A stretch of 63,156 nucleotides of DNA, filler included. It is 6 parts of 6 records of this genome, joined end to end, with 100 filler letters (N's around TTAATTAATTAA, not from the genome) between each part and the next. Parts side by side here need not be neighbours in the genome. Positions count along the whole stretch, not along the records: positions 36,095 to 42,018 come from SRR31147125_15296; positions 42,119 to 47,346 come from SRR31147125_15322; positions 47,447 to 55,654 come from SRR31147125_15336; 3 more parts are not named here. One strand, 5' to 3'. Position numbers and translations under genes: made by a program. The notes below the pieces were generated by a model, which was not told the origin of the DNA, did no database searches, and worked only from the letters and a program-made list of their open reading frames with translations. Shown one piece after another: positions 38,037 to 51,946 of this stretch; within the stretch, counting starts at the first letter, position 1; each line of letters opens with the position of its first letter.

Positions 38037-38591
38037 ATGAATGAACAAGCAGATATGTTATTAATGGAAATTGAAGAACATATGCAAAAATCAATAGAAG
38101 TACTACAAAAAGAATTAGCTGCAGTTAGAACTGGTCGTGCAAATCCTGCATTACTTGATCATGTTACAGTTGATTATTATGGTGCGGAAAGTCCTATTCG
38201 ACAAATCTCATCAGTTTCTGTTGTTGAAGGCAATCAATTATATATTAAGCCTTATGATAAATCAGTGCTTAAAAATATTGAAACAGCAATCTATGCCTCA
38301 GATTTAGGATTAAATCCTTTAAATGATGGTAATGGGATTCGTCTTGTCTTACCACAACCAACTGAGGAACGAAGAAGACAACTTGTTAAAGAAGTTGACA
38401 AATTAGGAGAACAAGCTAAAGTAGCAATTAGAAACATTCGTCGTGATGGCAATGATCAAGTGAAAAAACTTGAAATGTCTGAAGATGATGAAAAAGGTTA
38501 CTTAGAAGATGTTCAAGATTTAACAAATACTTTTGTTAAATCAATTGATCAAGTTTTAAAAGAAAAAGAACAAGAATTATTAAAAATGTAG
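38037..38591 (+). CDS. frr: Ribosome recycling factor
   Basis: RTGRANP, YYG, PTEERR, VAIRNIRRD. Confidence 0.97.
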   Translation: MNEQADMLLMEIEEHMQKSIEVLQKELAAVRTGRANPALLDHVTVDYYGAESPIRQISSVSVVEGNQLYIKPYDKSVLKNIETAIYASDLGLNPLNDGNGIRLVLPQPTEERRRQLVKEVDKLGEQAKVAIRNIRRDGNDQVKKLEMSEDDEKGYLEDVQDLTNTFVKSIDQVLKEKEQELLKM

Positions 38592-38616
38592 AAAAAGGCA
38601 AATGTTGCCTTTTTTT
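38592..38616 (+). terminator. Intrinsic terminator after frr
   Basis: AAAAAGGCAA-ATG-TTGCCTTTTTTT. Confidence 0.8.
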
Positions 38617-38684
38617 AAATAAGTGAAATTTCTAAATCTATTTTATTCTTTTCATTTATGCGTTATAATAAAATAAGGTGATTA

Positions 38685-39358
38685 ATGATGAATATGAAAA
38701 AAATGCCTAAACATGTTGCAATTATTTTAGATGGCAATGGTAGATGGGCAAAAAAAGAAAACAACCGAGATCTTATGGACATTATATGGGTGCAAGAAAT
38801 TTATTTAACATCGCAAATGTTGCCAATGATTTTGGTATTGAACAATTAAGTGTTTACGCATTTAGCACGGAAAACTGGAAAAGACCTAAAGAAGAGGTCG
38901 ATTATTTAATGAGTGAACCCGTGAAGTATTATCATAAAAATAAAGATAAAGTCAAAGATATAAAATATAAGATTACAGTTTCAGGTAGAAAAGATAGATT
39001 ACCTGCTGATCTATTAGAGGTCATTGATGATATTGTGATAAAAACTAAGGATAATCCAGGACTTAATTTAAATATATGTCTGGATTATGGTGCATATGAT
39101 GAGATTTTATCCGCTATTAATGCATCAGAAAAGCCAGTGACAAGAACATCACTGGAAAATCATTTAATGGTTAAAAAACCAGTAGATTTATTAATTAGAA
39201 CAAGTGGGGAACAGCGTATTTCAAATTTCCTTTTATGGCAAATTGCTTATGCAGAATTCTATTTTGCAAAAGTACACTGGCCGGCATTTAAAAAAAGACA
39301 ATTTGAAAAAGCATTGAAGAGTTATCAAAAGAGACATCGTCGCTTTGGAGGATTATGA
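38685..39358 (+). CDS. uppS: cis-prenyltransferase (undecaprenyl diphosphate synthase), apparent frameshift in the A-run near 38750
   Basis: Upstream frame has PKHVAIILDGNGRWAKK; downstream frame has YAFSTENWKRP and IRTSGEQRISNFLLWQ. Confidence 0.92.
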
Positions 39359-40305
39359 TGAAAAGAAGATTATTAACAAGTTTAATATTAGTTGCGATTA
39401 TTGTTCCCGTATTTTTTATACCGTTTAAACTTAATATCGTATTCTATACTGGGTTTATTACATTTATGTTATTATTTGTTGTATTAGCATCTAATGAATT
39501 AATTAAAATGTATGAGACAAACAAGAAATTTGGAAAATGGCCGAAAATTGGCATTATTATATTAACGCTTGCGACATTTTTATCAACAAGTGGTATTGGT
39601 GAAACATTAATAGAAACACCATTAGCGTCTAATGATGTGCTACGTATTACCATTCCATTAATCACACTTATACTTTTTAGTTTCTTAGTATTTTTTAGAG
39701 ATTTTAATGGGATAGATATTGGTAAAGCATTAACGATTATTAATTATGTAGGACTTGGTGCTGCATCCATTGTCGTCCTTAGATTTTTAGGGATTCGTTT
39801 TATTTTTTATTTATTTATGATTACAGTTTTAACAGATGTATTTGCATATATATATGGATCTAAATTTGGTAAACACAAAATGATACCACACATCAGTCCA
39901 AATAAATCTTGGGAAGGTGCGATTGCTGGGACAGTGATTGCGACTATTTTCGGTTCAGCATTTGCATTATTTTATGGGAAATTATTTGTTGCTGGAACTG
40001 CAGTAGGTGATTTTTTTAACAGTGAAGGTTATATTACTTTATTAGAAAATTTTTCATCAATAGGTAGTGAATCAATTTGGCTACAAACTTTAATTATTGT
40101 ACCACTTACACTATTTGGATCGATTTTTGCACAAATAGGAGATTTGGTAGCTTCACGCTTAAAACGTACGTATGGTATTAAAGACTTTGGTAATTTACTT
40201 CCAGGACATGGTGGTGTTTTAGATCGTTTTGATTCAACATTAATTGTGGCGATTTATTTAACTTCAGTATTTTTAATTATATTTGAGTTAGCACCTGTTA
40301 TTTAA
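39355..40305 (+). CDS. cdsA: Phosphatidate cytidylyltransferase
   Basis: DVFAY..G..FGKHK, SPNKSWEG, GDLVAS.LKR..GIKDFG.LLPGHGGVLDRFDS. Confidence 0.95.
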   Translation: MMKRRLLTSLILVAIIVPVFFIPFKLNIVFYTGFITFMLLFVVLASNELIKMYETNKKFGKWPKIGIIILTLATFLSTSGIGETLIETPLASNDVLRITIPLITLILFSFLVFFRDFNGIDIGKALTIINYVGLGAASIVVLRFLGIRFIFYLFMITVLTDVFAYIYGSKFGKHKMIPHISPNKSWEGAIAGTVIATIFGSAFALFYGKLFVAGTAVGDFFNSEGYITLLENFSSIGSESIWLQTLIIVPLTLFGSIFAQIGDLVASRLKRTYGIKDFGNLLPGHGGVLDRFDSTLIVAIYLTSVFLIIFELAPVI

Positions 40306-40315
40306 GGGGGATTAT

Positions 40316-41452
40316 ATGAAAAATATTTATATATTGGGTGGCACAGGTTCTATTGGAACACAAACACTTGATATCATAAAAAAACAACCGGATAAATTTA
40401 GATTGGTTGGTGTTTCATTAGGTAGAAGCGATAAGAAAAACGATCAAATTTTAAGTGATTTCGATATTGAAATAGCATGTTTGAGAAGTGATGCTAAATT
40501 GCATTTATATGAAAAAAAGTATCATAAAACCAAGTTTGTCGTTGGAGACTTAGGATTAATTGACATTGCAAAATATCCGAAACCAGGTATTTTGGTTAAT
40601 GCATTGGCTGGATCTGTTGGATTATATCCAACGATTGAAGCTATTAAACATAAAAAAGATATTGCACTTGCTAATAAAGAAACACTAGTTATGGCTGGTG
40701 ATATTGTCAATCAGCATCTTTTGGACTATCAAGTTAAACTATTACCACTTGATAGTGAACATGCTGCGATATGGCAAACTATTGATCATGAAAACCTTGA
40801 TGATATAAAAAAAATAGTGATTACTGCATCTGGCGGCTCATTTAGAAATAAATCAAGAGATGAACTCATTGAGGTAAGTGTTGATGATGCACTTAATCAT
40901 CCAAATTGGCATATGGGACCTAAAGTAACCATTGATAGTGCAACGATGATGAATAAAGGATTAGAAGTAATCGAAGCACACCATTTATTTCATATCGATT
41001 ATGCATATATAGAAACAGTCCTTCATGAAGAAAGTATAGTTCATGGATTAACTTATTTTAAAGATGGGACGATGAAAGCGAGTATGGGAGAAAACGATAT
41101 GCGCATTCCAATTTCTTATGCGCTTAATTATCCGAAACGCTTCTCTTTCGAAAGTGACATGCCACTTGTTGATATGCATTTTAAGCCTATGGATTTTAAG
41201 CGCTATCCTTTGCTAGCACTTGCATATGAGGTTGGGCAAAAAGGTGGGTTATTACCGACTGTGATGAATGCCGCAAATGAAGCAGCTGTTCGGTTATTTA
41301 TTGAAGGACAAATAACGTTTTTAAGTATCGAAGAAATTGTGATTCGAACTGTGAGGGCATTTAAAAATGTTTTAAATCCATCACTTGAACAAATTATAAA
41401 AACAGATAAAGATATACAAAATGAGATTATTGCATTTTATGAAAAGAGGTAA
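40316..41452 (+). CDS. dxr: DXP reductoisomerase
   Basis: LGGTGSIG, LANKE, DSEH, TASGG, HPNW.MG.K.TIDSATMMNKGLE, NAANE. Confidence 0.96.
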   Translation: MKNIYILGGTGSIGTQTLDIIKKQPDKFRLVGVSLGRSDKKNDQILSDFDIEIACLRSDAKLHLYEKKYHKTKFVVGDLGLIDIAKYPKPGILVNALAGSVGLYPTIEAIKHKKDIALANKETLVMAGDIVNQHLLDYQVKLLPLDSEHAAIWQTIDHENLDDIKKIVITASGGSFRNKSRDELIEVSVDDALNHPNWHMGPKVTIDSATMMNKGLEVIEAHHLFHIDYAYIETVLHEESIVHGLTYFKDGTMKASMGENDMRIPISYALNYPKRFSFESDMPLVDMHFKPMDFKRYPLLALAYEVGQKGGLLPTVMNAANEAAVRLFIEGQITFLSIEEIVIRTVRAFKNVLNPSLEQIIKTDKDIQNEIIAFYEKR

Positions 41453-42018
41453 GTGATGACAATATTAATTAATATTATTGTTTTTGTATTAGTATTAGGT
41501 ATTATCATATTAATACATGAAGCAGGCCATTTATATTTCGCAAAAAAAGCAGGTATTTTATGCCATGAGTTTGCAATTGGTATGGGACCTGTCGTTTGGC
41601 AAACAAAAAAAGATGATACATTGTATTCGATACGTGCAGTACCTATTGGTGGGTTTGTATCCATGGCAGGTGAAGGTGTATCTGATGCTTTATTTAAAAA
41701 AGGTGATACAGTAGGTCTTTTATTTGATGATGATCAAAAAGTAAAAGAGATATTATTGTATGAAGAAGCAACTTATGATCTAGTTGGTGAAGTTGAAGCT
41801 TTTGATTTATATGGTAAAGATATGTCTATATTATATATAGAAATCAAAGGTCAACGATATGAAGTCAATAGAGATGCGATTTATCGATTAAAAGAAACAC
41901 AAACGATGTTTATTACACCAGAAGAGAAGAGTTTTGAATCAAAAACATTAACTCAACGTTTTTTAACCATATTTGGTGGGCCACTTATGAACTTTATTTT
42001 AGCTTTCGTGTTATTTTT
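41453..42018 (+). CDS. rseP: RIP metalloprotease RseP (M50), 3' truncated
   Basis: HEAGH, FAIGMGP, PIGGFV.MAGE, GP.MNF. Confidence 0.9.
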
Positions 42019-42118
42019 NNNNNNNNNNNNNNNNNNNNNNNNNNNNNNNNNNNNNNNNNNNNTTAATTAATTAANNNNNNNNNNNNNNNNNNNNNNNNNN
42101 NNNNNNNNNNNNNNNNNN
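42019..42118. other. Artificial contig spacer
   Basis: N44-TTAATTAATTAA-N44. Confidence 0.99.
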
Positions 42119-42119
42119 T

Positions 42120-44369
<2,250 letters not shown>

Positions 44370-44520
44370 AACTCGGGGAATTCCCCATAAGAAATCAATA
44401 GCAAAATATAAAAGGATTAACAAAGGTAAATGCGACCATATGCCTCGGCCCATACGGATTTCGGTTTCAGTTATTTTTTAAGGGGTCGATACAAGAGTTA
44501 AGCGATAAAGGATCAAAGAT

Positions 44521-45630
44521 ATGGTAGAAAAAATCACAGATCAGATGAAACAATGGAATGGAGACTTCGGTCACAACGATACGGACGAAAACGAGTTAAA
44601 CACCATTGGTCACAACCGACCGGAAAAAATCATCGACATTGGCGGACGATTGGTCGGAGAAGGCCAGCCATGTTATATTATTGCCGAAGCCGGCAGTAAT
44701 CACGATGGGTCTTTAGATCAGGCAAAAAAAATGATTGATGCTGCTGAGGCGGCGGGTGCCGATGCGGTAAAATTCCAGATTTTCACGGCTGACCAGCTTG
44801 TAGAATCCAATGATGAAGATTTTGACCTGATCAAAAGCATTGAATTCAAACGTCAATGGAATCGGGAACTGGCCGAATATTGCGAGAAAAAATCCATTGC
44901 CTACCTGGCAACCCCTTTTGACATTGAAGCAGTGGACCTGCTTGAAACAGTCAATACCCCGGCCTATAAAATAGCATCCGGAGATATCACCCATCATCCC
45001 ATGCTTGCCCATATCGCCCAAACCCAAAAGCCAGTTTTACTTTCCACCGGAAAAAGCAGCATGCCTGAAGTAAAAAATGCTCTAAACTTTCTGCGCAAAT
45101 GCTCGGCAGGCCCCTTGGCGGTTTTTCATTGTGTCGCAACCTACCCTTCAGATCCCGGGGAAATGAACCTCAGTGTTTTGCCTGTCATGGAAAAAGAACT
45201 CGGCATACCGGTTGGCCTGTCCGATCATAGCAGGAGCACGATGATTCCGGCCCTTGCAGTGACACTGGGCGCCTCAATAATTGAAAAACATTTCACCTTA
45301 AGCCGCGACCTTCCCGGCCCGGACCATTCTTACGCCTTAGAGCCCCAAGAGCTAAAAGAGATGGTGGCCCACATTCGCCTGGCAGAGACTGCATTGGGGG
45401 ACGGTGAAAAAAACCGTCACCCCAGGAAAGCCAGCGTCTGCTTACCGGAAGGCGGGGGCTCTATGCCATTGAGGATATTTCAGCAGGAGAAACCATAACC
45501 CAAAAGATGTTTAAAGCGGTTCGTCCTCAAAAGGGGTTTCCCCGGCCGACCTGGCGAACCTCCTGGGAAAAAGCTGGTGCGGCCCCTGTCTGCCGGAACT
45601 GCCCTGACCATGAAAGATATTGAAGCCTGA
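44521..45630 (+). CDS. NeuB/PseI family nonulosonate synthase with C-terminal SAF domain; two apparent frameshifts (near 45410 and 45535)
   Basis: IIAEAGSNHDG, ADAVKFQ, KIASGD, HCV.TYP, GLSDH, IEKHFT; shifted frames give RRGLYA..DI.AGE.IT and LLGKKL.RPL.AGT.L ending at TGA 45630. Confidence 0.88.
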
Positions 45631-45639
45631 GGAGTATTT

Positions 45640-47346
45640 TTGAAAACCGTTGCCATCATCCAAGCCCGGACAAGCTCCCAAAGGCTGCCCAATAAAGTAC
45701 TGGCTGATATTTGCGGCACGCCCATGCTCCAATATGTGATTGAGCGGGTAAGGGCAGCCAAAGGGATTGATCAGGTTGTCATTGCAACAAGTGTTGAAAC
45801 AAGTGATGACCCGGTTGCCAACCTGGCTGAAAAACTGAAAACCACCTGTTTTAGGGGCAGTTTAGATGATGTGCTGTCACGCTATTATCATGCAGCAACC
45901 ATGGCAAAAGCGGATATCATTGTACGTATAACTGCAGATTGCCCGCTGATTGACCCCGGCGTGGTGGACCGCATGGTCACAATATACAAGGCCGGTTCCC
46001 TGGACTATATTGTTGCCCGGGCAAACGACACGCCCGGTGGATACCCCCGGGGGACAAATGTCGAGGTATTTTCTTTTGCCCAATTGGAAGCACTTCACAA
46101 GACGGCCCGGGATAAGAATCAAAGAGAGCACGTCACCCAATATTTTGATGACAATCCCGAACAATTCAACTCCATGAGAGTCGATGCAGAACCCGGATTG
46201 GCAAGGCCGTCATACAGAATCACGGTGGACACGCCTGACGACCTTGAACTGGTCCGAAAAATTTACACCCATTTCCGGGGAAACACTTTTACCCCTCTGG
46301 CTGACGTCATCAATTTTCTGGACAGCAATACGGAATTGACTTTCATAAACAATGGGCCAGCAATTGTTTTCCGAGTTGATGCGGATGTGGCCATCGGCAC
46401 AGGCAACTTTGTGCGTTGCAGACAACTGGCCGCGTCCCTGAAACTGCTGGGCTATACCCCCGTGTTTTTAATATCTGATTCCAGGGTGGCTCGAAAACTG
46501 GTAAAATCTTCCGGGTTCACTTCGATTTTACTCCAAAGCCGAGGCCATGGGCTCATAAATGAATTGCGCCTTCACCTGAAAAGACTTTCCCCCGCAGCCC
46601 TTATCATGGATCTTGTTGCCTGTTCCTTTGAACAACTCAGTCTGCTTCGGCGCTACAGTGGTTTATTGGTCAATCTGGCTCCTGAACTCGAAACCGCCAG
46701 TGCTGCGGATATTGAAGTGGACGGCGATATCGACCCCCAAAAACGCCCCTGGCACGAATCTGTAAATTACCTGCTGGGTCCGGACTATAAAATAACCGCG
46801 GTGACATCCCCTGCCCCGGATTCAATCCAAATAAATGATCAGGTTAAACGCATACTATTATACATGGGAGGAACGGACCCCTTAGGGCTCACAGGGCACC
46901 TCATCCGTATTTTAGCGAGTCGTACCGATTTAGATATTGAAGTCTTTATCGGCGCTGCCAACCCGGATCGCAAAGCATTAAAACAGCTGCTTGGTTCCTA
47001 TCCCCACATGATGCTCGGCAAGGACGGAAACAAATTTACCACCTCCCTGGCCAAGGCTGATCTGGCAATTATCGGGGGAGGCTTGACCCTGTACGAAGCA
47101 GCACAACTGGGAACCCCGGCAATGGTTGTGGCTCAAAACGAAACCCAACAAAACGATGCCCGAATGTTTCAGAACCGGGGGGCCTGCCTGTTTATAGGGC
47201 TTGGGAAAACACCTGAAGCAGAGGTTAAAAAGGCATTATCCACCATTGCCAGCCCAGATCTTCGGGCCGAGATCGCCAGAAAGGCGAAGGGGCTGTGCAA
47301 AGGAAACGGCGCCCAGCGGGTTGCCCGACATCTGCACAAAAGGATG
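45640..47346 (+). CDS. SpsF-like cytidylyltransferase fused to a PseG/SpsG-like UDP-sugar hydrolase, 3' truncated
   Basis: IIQART.S.RLPNKVL, RGSLDDVL.RY, RITADCP, REHVT, TVDTPDDL; then FRVDA...IGTG...RC, MGGTDP, GG.TLYE. Confidence 0.85.
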
Positions 47347-47446
47347 NNNNNNNNNNNNNNNNNNNNNNNNNNNNNNNNNNNNNNNNNNNNTTAATTAATT
47401 AANNNNNNNNNNNNNNNNNNNNNNNNNNNNNNNNNNNNNNNNNNNN
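47347..47446. other. Artificial contig spacer
   Basis: N44-TTAATTAATTAA-N44. Confidence 0.99.
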
Positions 47447-47447
47447 G

Positions 47448-47663
47448 GTTCTGGACATGATCATGGCCCCTGCCATATCCGGGCTTGAAACCTATCGGCG
47501 GATCAAGGAAATCCGGCCGGATCAAAAGGCGATTATTGCCAGTGGACATTCGAAATCAGAAGATGTATTAAAGACCCAGAAATTGGGGGCGGGATGTTTT
47601 GTTAAAAAACCGTATACAATCATGGACATGGGCATTGCCGTGAAAGAGGAATTGGAACGATAG
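47448..47663 (+). CDS. C-terminal receiver domain, probably of a hybrid sensor kinase, 5' truncated
   Basis: VLDMIMAP..SG.ET, IIASG, FVKKPY. Confidence 0.8.
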   Translation, partial: VLDMIMAPAISGLETYRRIKEIRPDQKAIIASGHSKSEDVLKTQKLGAGCFVKKPYTIMDMGIAVKEELER

Positions 47664-48515
47664 ATGGAAATCTTTGAGACAAAATCTGATATGCAGGCAT
47701 GGTCGTCGGCAAAGAAGGCTCAGGGCCGGACCATTTCCTTTATTCCCACCATGGGATTTTTGCACCAGGGGCATCTGTCACTTCTGGAGCTGGGCAGACC
47801 GCTGAGTGATGAACTGGTACTCAGTATCTTTGTTAATCCTACCCAGTTCGGGCCCAACGAGGATCTGGACGCTTATCCCCGGGACATTGAAAAGGATCTG
47901 AAGCTGGCAAGGGATGCCGGGGTGACCGCTGTTTTCCTGCCGGGTCCGGATGAAATGTACGGCAAGGACTTTCAGACCAATGTCTTTTTAGAGCAATTGC
48001 CCACGTTTTTGTGTGGCCGTTCCCGGCCCGTTCACTTTGGCGGGGTGGCCCTGGTGGTCACCAAGCTGTTCAACATTGTGATGCCTGATGTGGCGGTTTT
48101 CGGCAAAAAAGATTACCAGCAACTCCAGGTCATCCGTCAGATGATTCAGGACCTGGATTTTAATATCAGGCTCATCGGCGGAGAGATCATCCGGGAGTCC
48201 GACGGCCTGGCCATGAGTTCACGAAATGCCTATCTGAGTCCTGAGCAGCGCCAGTCGGCCCTGTGCCTTTCCAGGGCCCTGGAAATCGCCAAGGCCCGGG
48301 TGGCCGGTGGGGAAGAAGATCCCCTTGCCCTCTGCCAGGCCATGGCCGAGATCATCACTGCCGCCGATCATACTGCCATTGATTATATCGAGGTTTGCGA
48401 CCCGCACACCCTGGCCCCTGTGGATCGGATCAACCGGGAGGTGGTGGTGGCCCTGGCCGTTCAGGTGGGCCAGACCCGGCTCATTGACAATGCTGTCATG
48501 GGCCCGTTACAATAA
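47664..48515 (+). CDS. panC: Pantoate-beta-alanine ligase
   Basis: PTMGFLHQGH, SIFVNPTQF, RP.HF.GV, FGKKDYQQ, DGLAMSSRN, RLIDN. Confidence 0.97.
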   Translation: MEIFETKSDMQAWSSAKKAQGRTISFIPTMGFLHQGHLSLLELGRPLSDELVLSIFVNPTQFGPNEDLDAYPRDIEKDLKLARDAGVTAVFLPGPDEMYGKDFQTNVFLEQLPTFLCGRSRPVHFGGVALVVTKLFNIVMPDVAVFGKKDYQQLQVIRQMIQDLDFNIRLIGGEIIRESDGLAMSSRNAYLSPEQRQSALCLSRALEIAKARVAGGEEDPLALCQAMAEIITAADHTAIDYIEVCDPHTLAPVDRINREVVVALAVQVGQTRLIDNAVMGPLQ

Positions 48516-49359
48516 TTACCCGGCACTCCTTTAAAAACCGGTGACGTTCCGTCACCTTTTCAATGATTTTTGCATCTGCCATGCTGATGACAATATGGCC
48601 GCTGGATTGTCCCTCTTTTCGTAGGGCCTTGAATACCAGGGGATTGGAACCAATGCGCCTGAAGGCCATGGCTGCTTCCATATCGCAAAGATAGGTACAG
48701 ACCCCGTATTGAACGGCAAATTCCCGACTGATGAAAACCGAGGAGTAGAGTTCTTTTCCCGCTTCACTGACAATGACCGGGTAGAGAATGGGGGTCAAGG
48801 ACAGCTTCCGGGCATCAATAATCAGGCCGGTATAAGGGATCTGATTGAAATTGTCGGATGACTGGCCTTTGGGTTTTCCCGGGTTGGCGTCAGTGATCTT
48901 GGGGATCTGGCGGATGGACTCGGGCAGGACCAATTGAAGGAAACCGCCGAAAATGGCCGTTTCCACCCGGATCTCCACATCCAGGGCAGAGGTGTAGACC
49001 TGTCGGATGGTCAGGGCATCCTGGGCGGTTTTTTCAATGCCGGCCAGGATTTTGTCATGGGTGGAGGCATATTGGTCCACCCGGAGTCCCGGGGTAATGG
49101 GGATTTGCTTTAAAATTTGAATCAGCCCGGCTGTGGCCCGGGCCCGGGCAGATCCGGGCAGGGGCAGCAGGCTGCCATCGACCTGTTTTTCCGGGGCGGC
49201 TGTTCCCGTTGCCGTAATCTGTCCCGTCCCCCAGTTGATCTGGCCGTTTTCAAAAACCTGAATACAGCCCGAGCCGGTGGGGGCTTGGGCCCGGCCGGTG
49301 CCGGGCAGGGCCAGGGCTGCCATGAGAAGGATCAGACAGAAACAGCGGGCGCGGATCAT
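48496..49359 (-). CDS. Exported LPP20-like protein
   Basis: Signal peptide; INW..G.I.A.G, YTGLIIDAR, R.GSNPL. Confidence 0.6.
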   Translation of the reverse strand: MIRARCFCLILLMAALALPGTGRAQAPTGSGCIQVFENGQINWGTGQITATGTAAPEKQVDGSLLPLPGSARARATAGLIQILKQIPITPGLRVDQYASTHDKILAGIEKTAQDALTIRQVYTSALDVEIRVETAIFGGFLQLVLPESIRQIPKITDANPGKPKGQSSDNFNQIPYTGLIIDARKLSLTPILYPVIVSEAGKELYSSVFISREFAVQYGVCTYLCDMEAAMAFRRIGSNPLVFKALRKEGQSSGHIVISMADAKIIEKVTERHRFLKECRVIIVTGP

Positions 49360-49913
49360 CTGTCCGTCCCTGGCTTTTTGGGCGCTGAATTGTGCCCGGC
49401 GATAAAATTGTCAATGATGAAGTCTGCCATGGGGGAAATATCCTCTGGCCCGAATACCGGTACCTGGGGGCGGATGTCCGTATCCGTGATAAAGCCCACC
49501 AGATTAGGGTCCTCCAAAAACAGAGGAGAGGGATAGGGGCTGGCCTTTCTAAAGATCTCAATTTTCGGCAGGGGCTGGGCCTTGAACCCCTCGGCCAGGA
49601 TCAGGTCCATATCCCCGAGGTAGTCCAGCATTTTTTCCATTGGCGGGCGATGATCGTCTTTGACCATGGCCACCCGGGTATCCGTAGCCACCAGGGTAGC
49701 GGCAGCCCCGGCCTTTCTGTGGCGCCAGCTGTCCTTTCCCTTTTGGTCCAGCTCAAATCCGTCATGGGCATGCTTTACCGAGCCTATTGCAATGCCCCGC
49801 CCGGTGAGTTCGGCAATGAGTTTTTCCATTAAAGTGGTTTTTCCGGAGTTGGATTTTCCGGCAATGACAAGGATCTGTGGTGCCATGGGGGAAGCCTTTT
49901 GCTTAGTGGTCAA
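49356..49913 (-). CDS. mobB: Molybdopterin-guanine dinucleotide biosynthesis protein B
   Basis: GKSNSGKTTL, VKHAH, D..GKDSWRH..AGA, EGFK...PKIE. Confidence 0.93.
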   Translation of the reverse strand: MTTKQKASPMAPQILVIAGKSNSGKTTLMEKLIAELTGRGIAIGSVKHAHDGFELDQKGKDSWRHRKAGAAATLVATDTRVAMVKDDHRPPMEKMLDYLGDMDLILAEGFKAQPLPKIEIFRKASPYPSPLFLEDPNLVGFITDTDIRPQVPVFGPEDISPMADFIIDNFIAGHNSAPKKPGTDR

Positions 49914-51596
49914 AGTTCAGCCGGGTCCGGGTTTGGCCGTTTCGGGTTTTGGCCCGGATGGTATCGGTGTAGGACCGGATCAGGTATCCGGAAAGTGCGT
50001 CAAAGCATTCGGGGTGGTCCAGAAGCTTTTCGATTTTCGGGGATTTTTTCGGCAGTTCCGGTGCCTCTCCTTTATGGGAAAGGGTCAGGGTCAGGCGCAG
50101 TTCGTCAAAGTGAGCCTGGATCTCAAGGGGTTGGCCGGGGGATTTCCTTGAGATCAGTTCAGCGTATTCATTGGCCGCAGCACTGGCATTTTTGATGATT
50201 TCAGGACGGGCTGCCCAGGCCCTGCCCTGGGTTTCCAGAAAGCCGAATATGGGTTCTGATGTCTTTCCCGTGCAGTCAATGGACAGGGTGGCAGTGGATT
50301 TTATGCCGATCCTGAAGATGAGGTTGAGTATCACCGCCACCAGGGTGGAGGCGGACAGGGAGGAGGCAAAGACCGGCTGGATCCAGACCGGGGCATGGGC
50401 AAAGGCCTCGGGAATAAGATCGGCCATGAGGCCGAAAATTATGGACAGCCCAATGACAAAGGTTTTTCTGGCATCAATCATTCTGGACATGACGATTTGG
50501 AATCCGGTCACCACCATGAAGCTCAGGGCAAAGACCAGGGTGGCGCCAATGACCGGGGCAGGCATGATGGCAAAGACGGCTGAGAGTTTGGGAAAGAAGG
50601 AAAGCAGGACCAAAAGACCGCCGATGAAAAAGGCGATGGCCCGGCTGGTGGCGCCGTTGGCAATGGACAGGCCGATATTGGTGGATGAGGTGGACTGGCC
50701 CATTCCCCCGAAAAGGCCGGCACTAAAGCAGGCGATGCCGTCGGCCAGAATGCCTTTTTTGATATTGGGAAGATCCGGCCTTGTCCAGTTGGGATCATTA
50801 ATTTTCTGGCAGGTGGTCAGATCTCCGATGCTTTTCAGAGAAGAGCATAGCATGGCGATGATGAAGGGAATCACCATGGCAAAGGAAAAGCTGAATCCCG
50901 GATGATGGCCAAAGGGAAACCAGACCAGGGGAGAGGCTGCGGCCCTGCGGATGTCTTCGGGCCCCATCACCCCTAACGTATAGGCAATGATATAACCGCA
51001 GATCATACCGATGAGAATACAGAACAGCTTGATTTTTCCCTTTGTCCAGATGTTGAGCCCCACCATGATAAACAGGGTGAGCATCCCTGCCATGGCCGAC
51101 GGACTGTCATAGCTGCCGTCTTCAATGCCGAACAGATTCTTACCGGCCACCCGGATGACCGACAGCCCCACCATGGCAACAATCACCCCTGTGATTTCCG
51201 GGGGAAAAAGGATTCGGACCTTTTCAAGGATCCTTGAAAACAGGCCTTCGATCACCCCGGTAAACATGGTCATGCCCATGACAAGGGAAAGCCCCCTGTC
51301 TTCATACAGAGCATGGATGCGGCCAGAAAAGAGGGGCCGCAGACCGAGGGGCACAGGTAGCCTGATCCCACAGGCCCTTTATTCATGGCCTGGATCATGA
51401 CCCCCACCCCGCTGGCCAGCATGGACATGCTGATCATGAACTGGATCTGGTCTTCGGATCCCCCTATTGATCTTATGAGCAGGACGGGAAAAACAAGGCC
51501 AATGGAAATGATGCAGATGTGCTGGATACCGAGCAGCAGGGAAATGGAAACAGGGGGCCTATCCGTGAGGCCGTATATATGGTCAGAAGGTTTCAT
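49903..51596 (-). CDS. NCS2 (xanthine/uracil) permease with a cytoplasmic C-terminal domain; apparent frameshift near 51293
   Basis: DRPP....LLGIQH and GSGYL in 51270-51596; FPP.ITG, GILADG, S.NIGL...GATSR in 49903-51354. Confidence 0.88.
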
Positions 51597-51946
51597 TATT
51601 GATTTTTACAGAGTTAACAATTCCGGGCCTTTATGATAATTATGAGCGTAAAAATGGTATAGGCTAGACCCAAAACCCCGGTCTTGTCAACCCCGTCCTC
51701 ATTATGGGGCGCGAACCAATGGCGGATGAAAAACCCAATCCACAAGGTGATAAAAATCTTAGGATAAGATAGGCCTAAAGGCGTACCGGAATTGATTCCA
51801 AAAATCTTGACGGGAAGAAAACCTGGGGCGGCACCGTTGGTAGGGAGACGTCTTGAAATCCCGGCCTTGCAAACCTGCTATAATGAGGGTTATAGTATTT
51901 TTGTACAAACTTATGGGTAAGAATTGAAATTTTTGGACGAAATATA

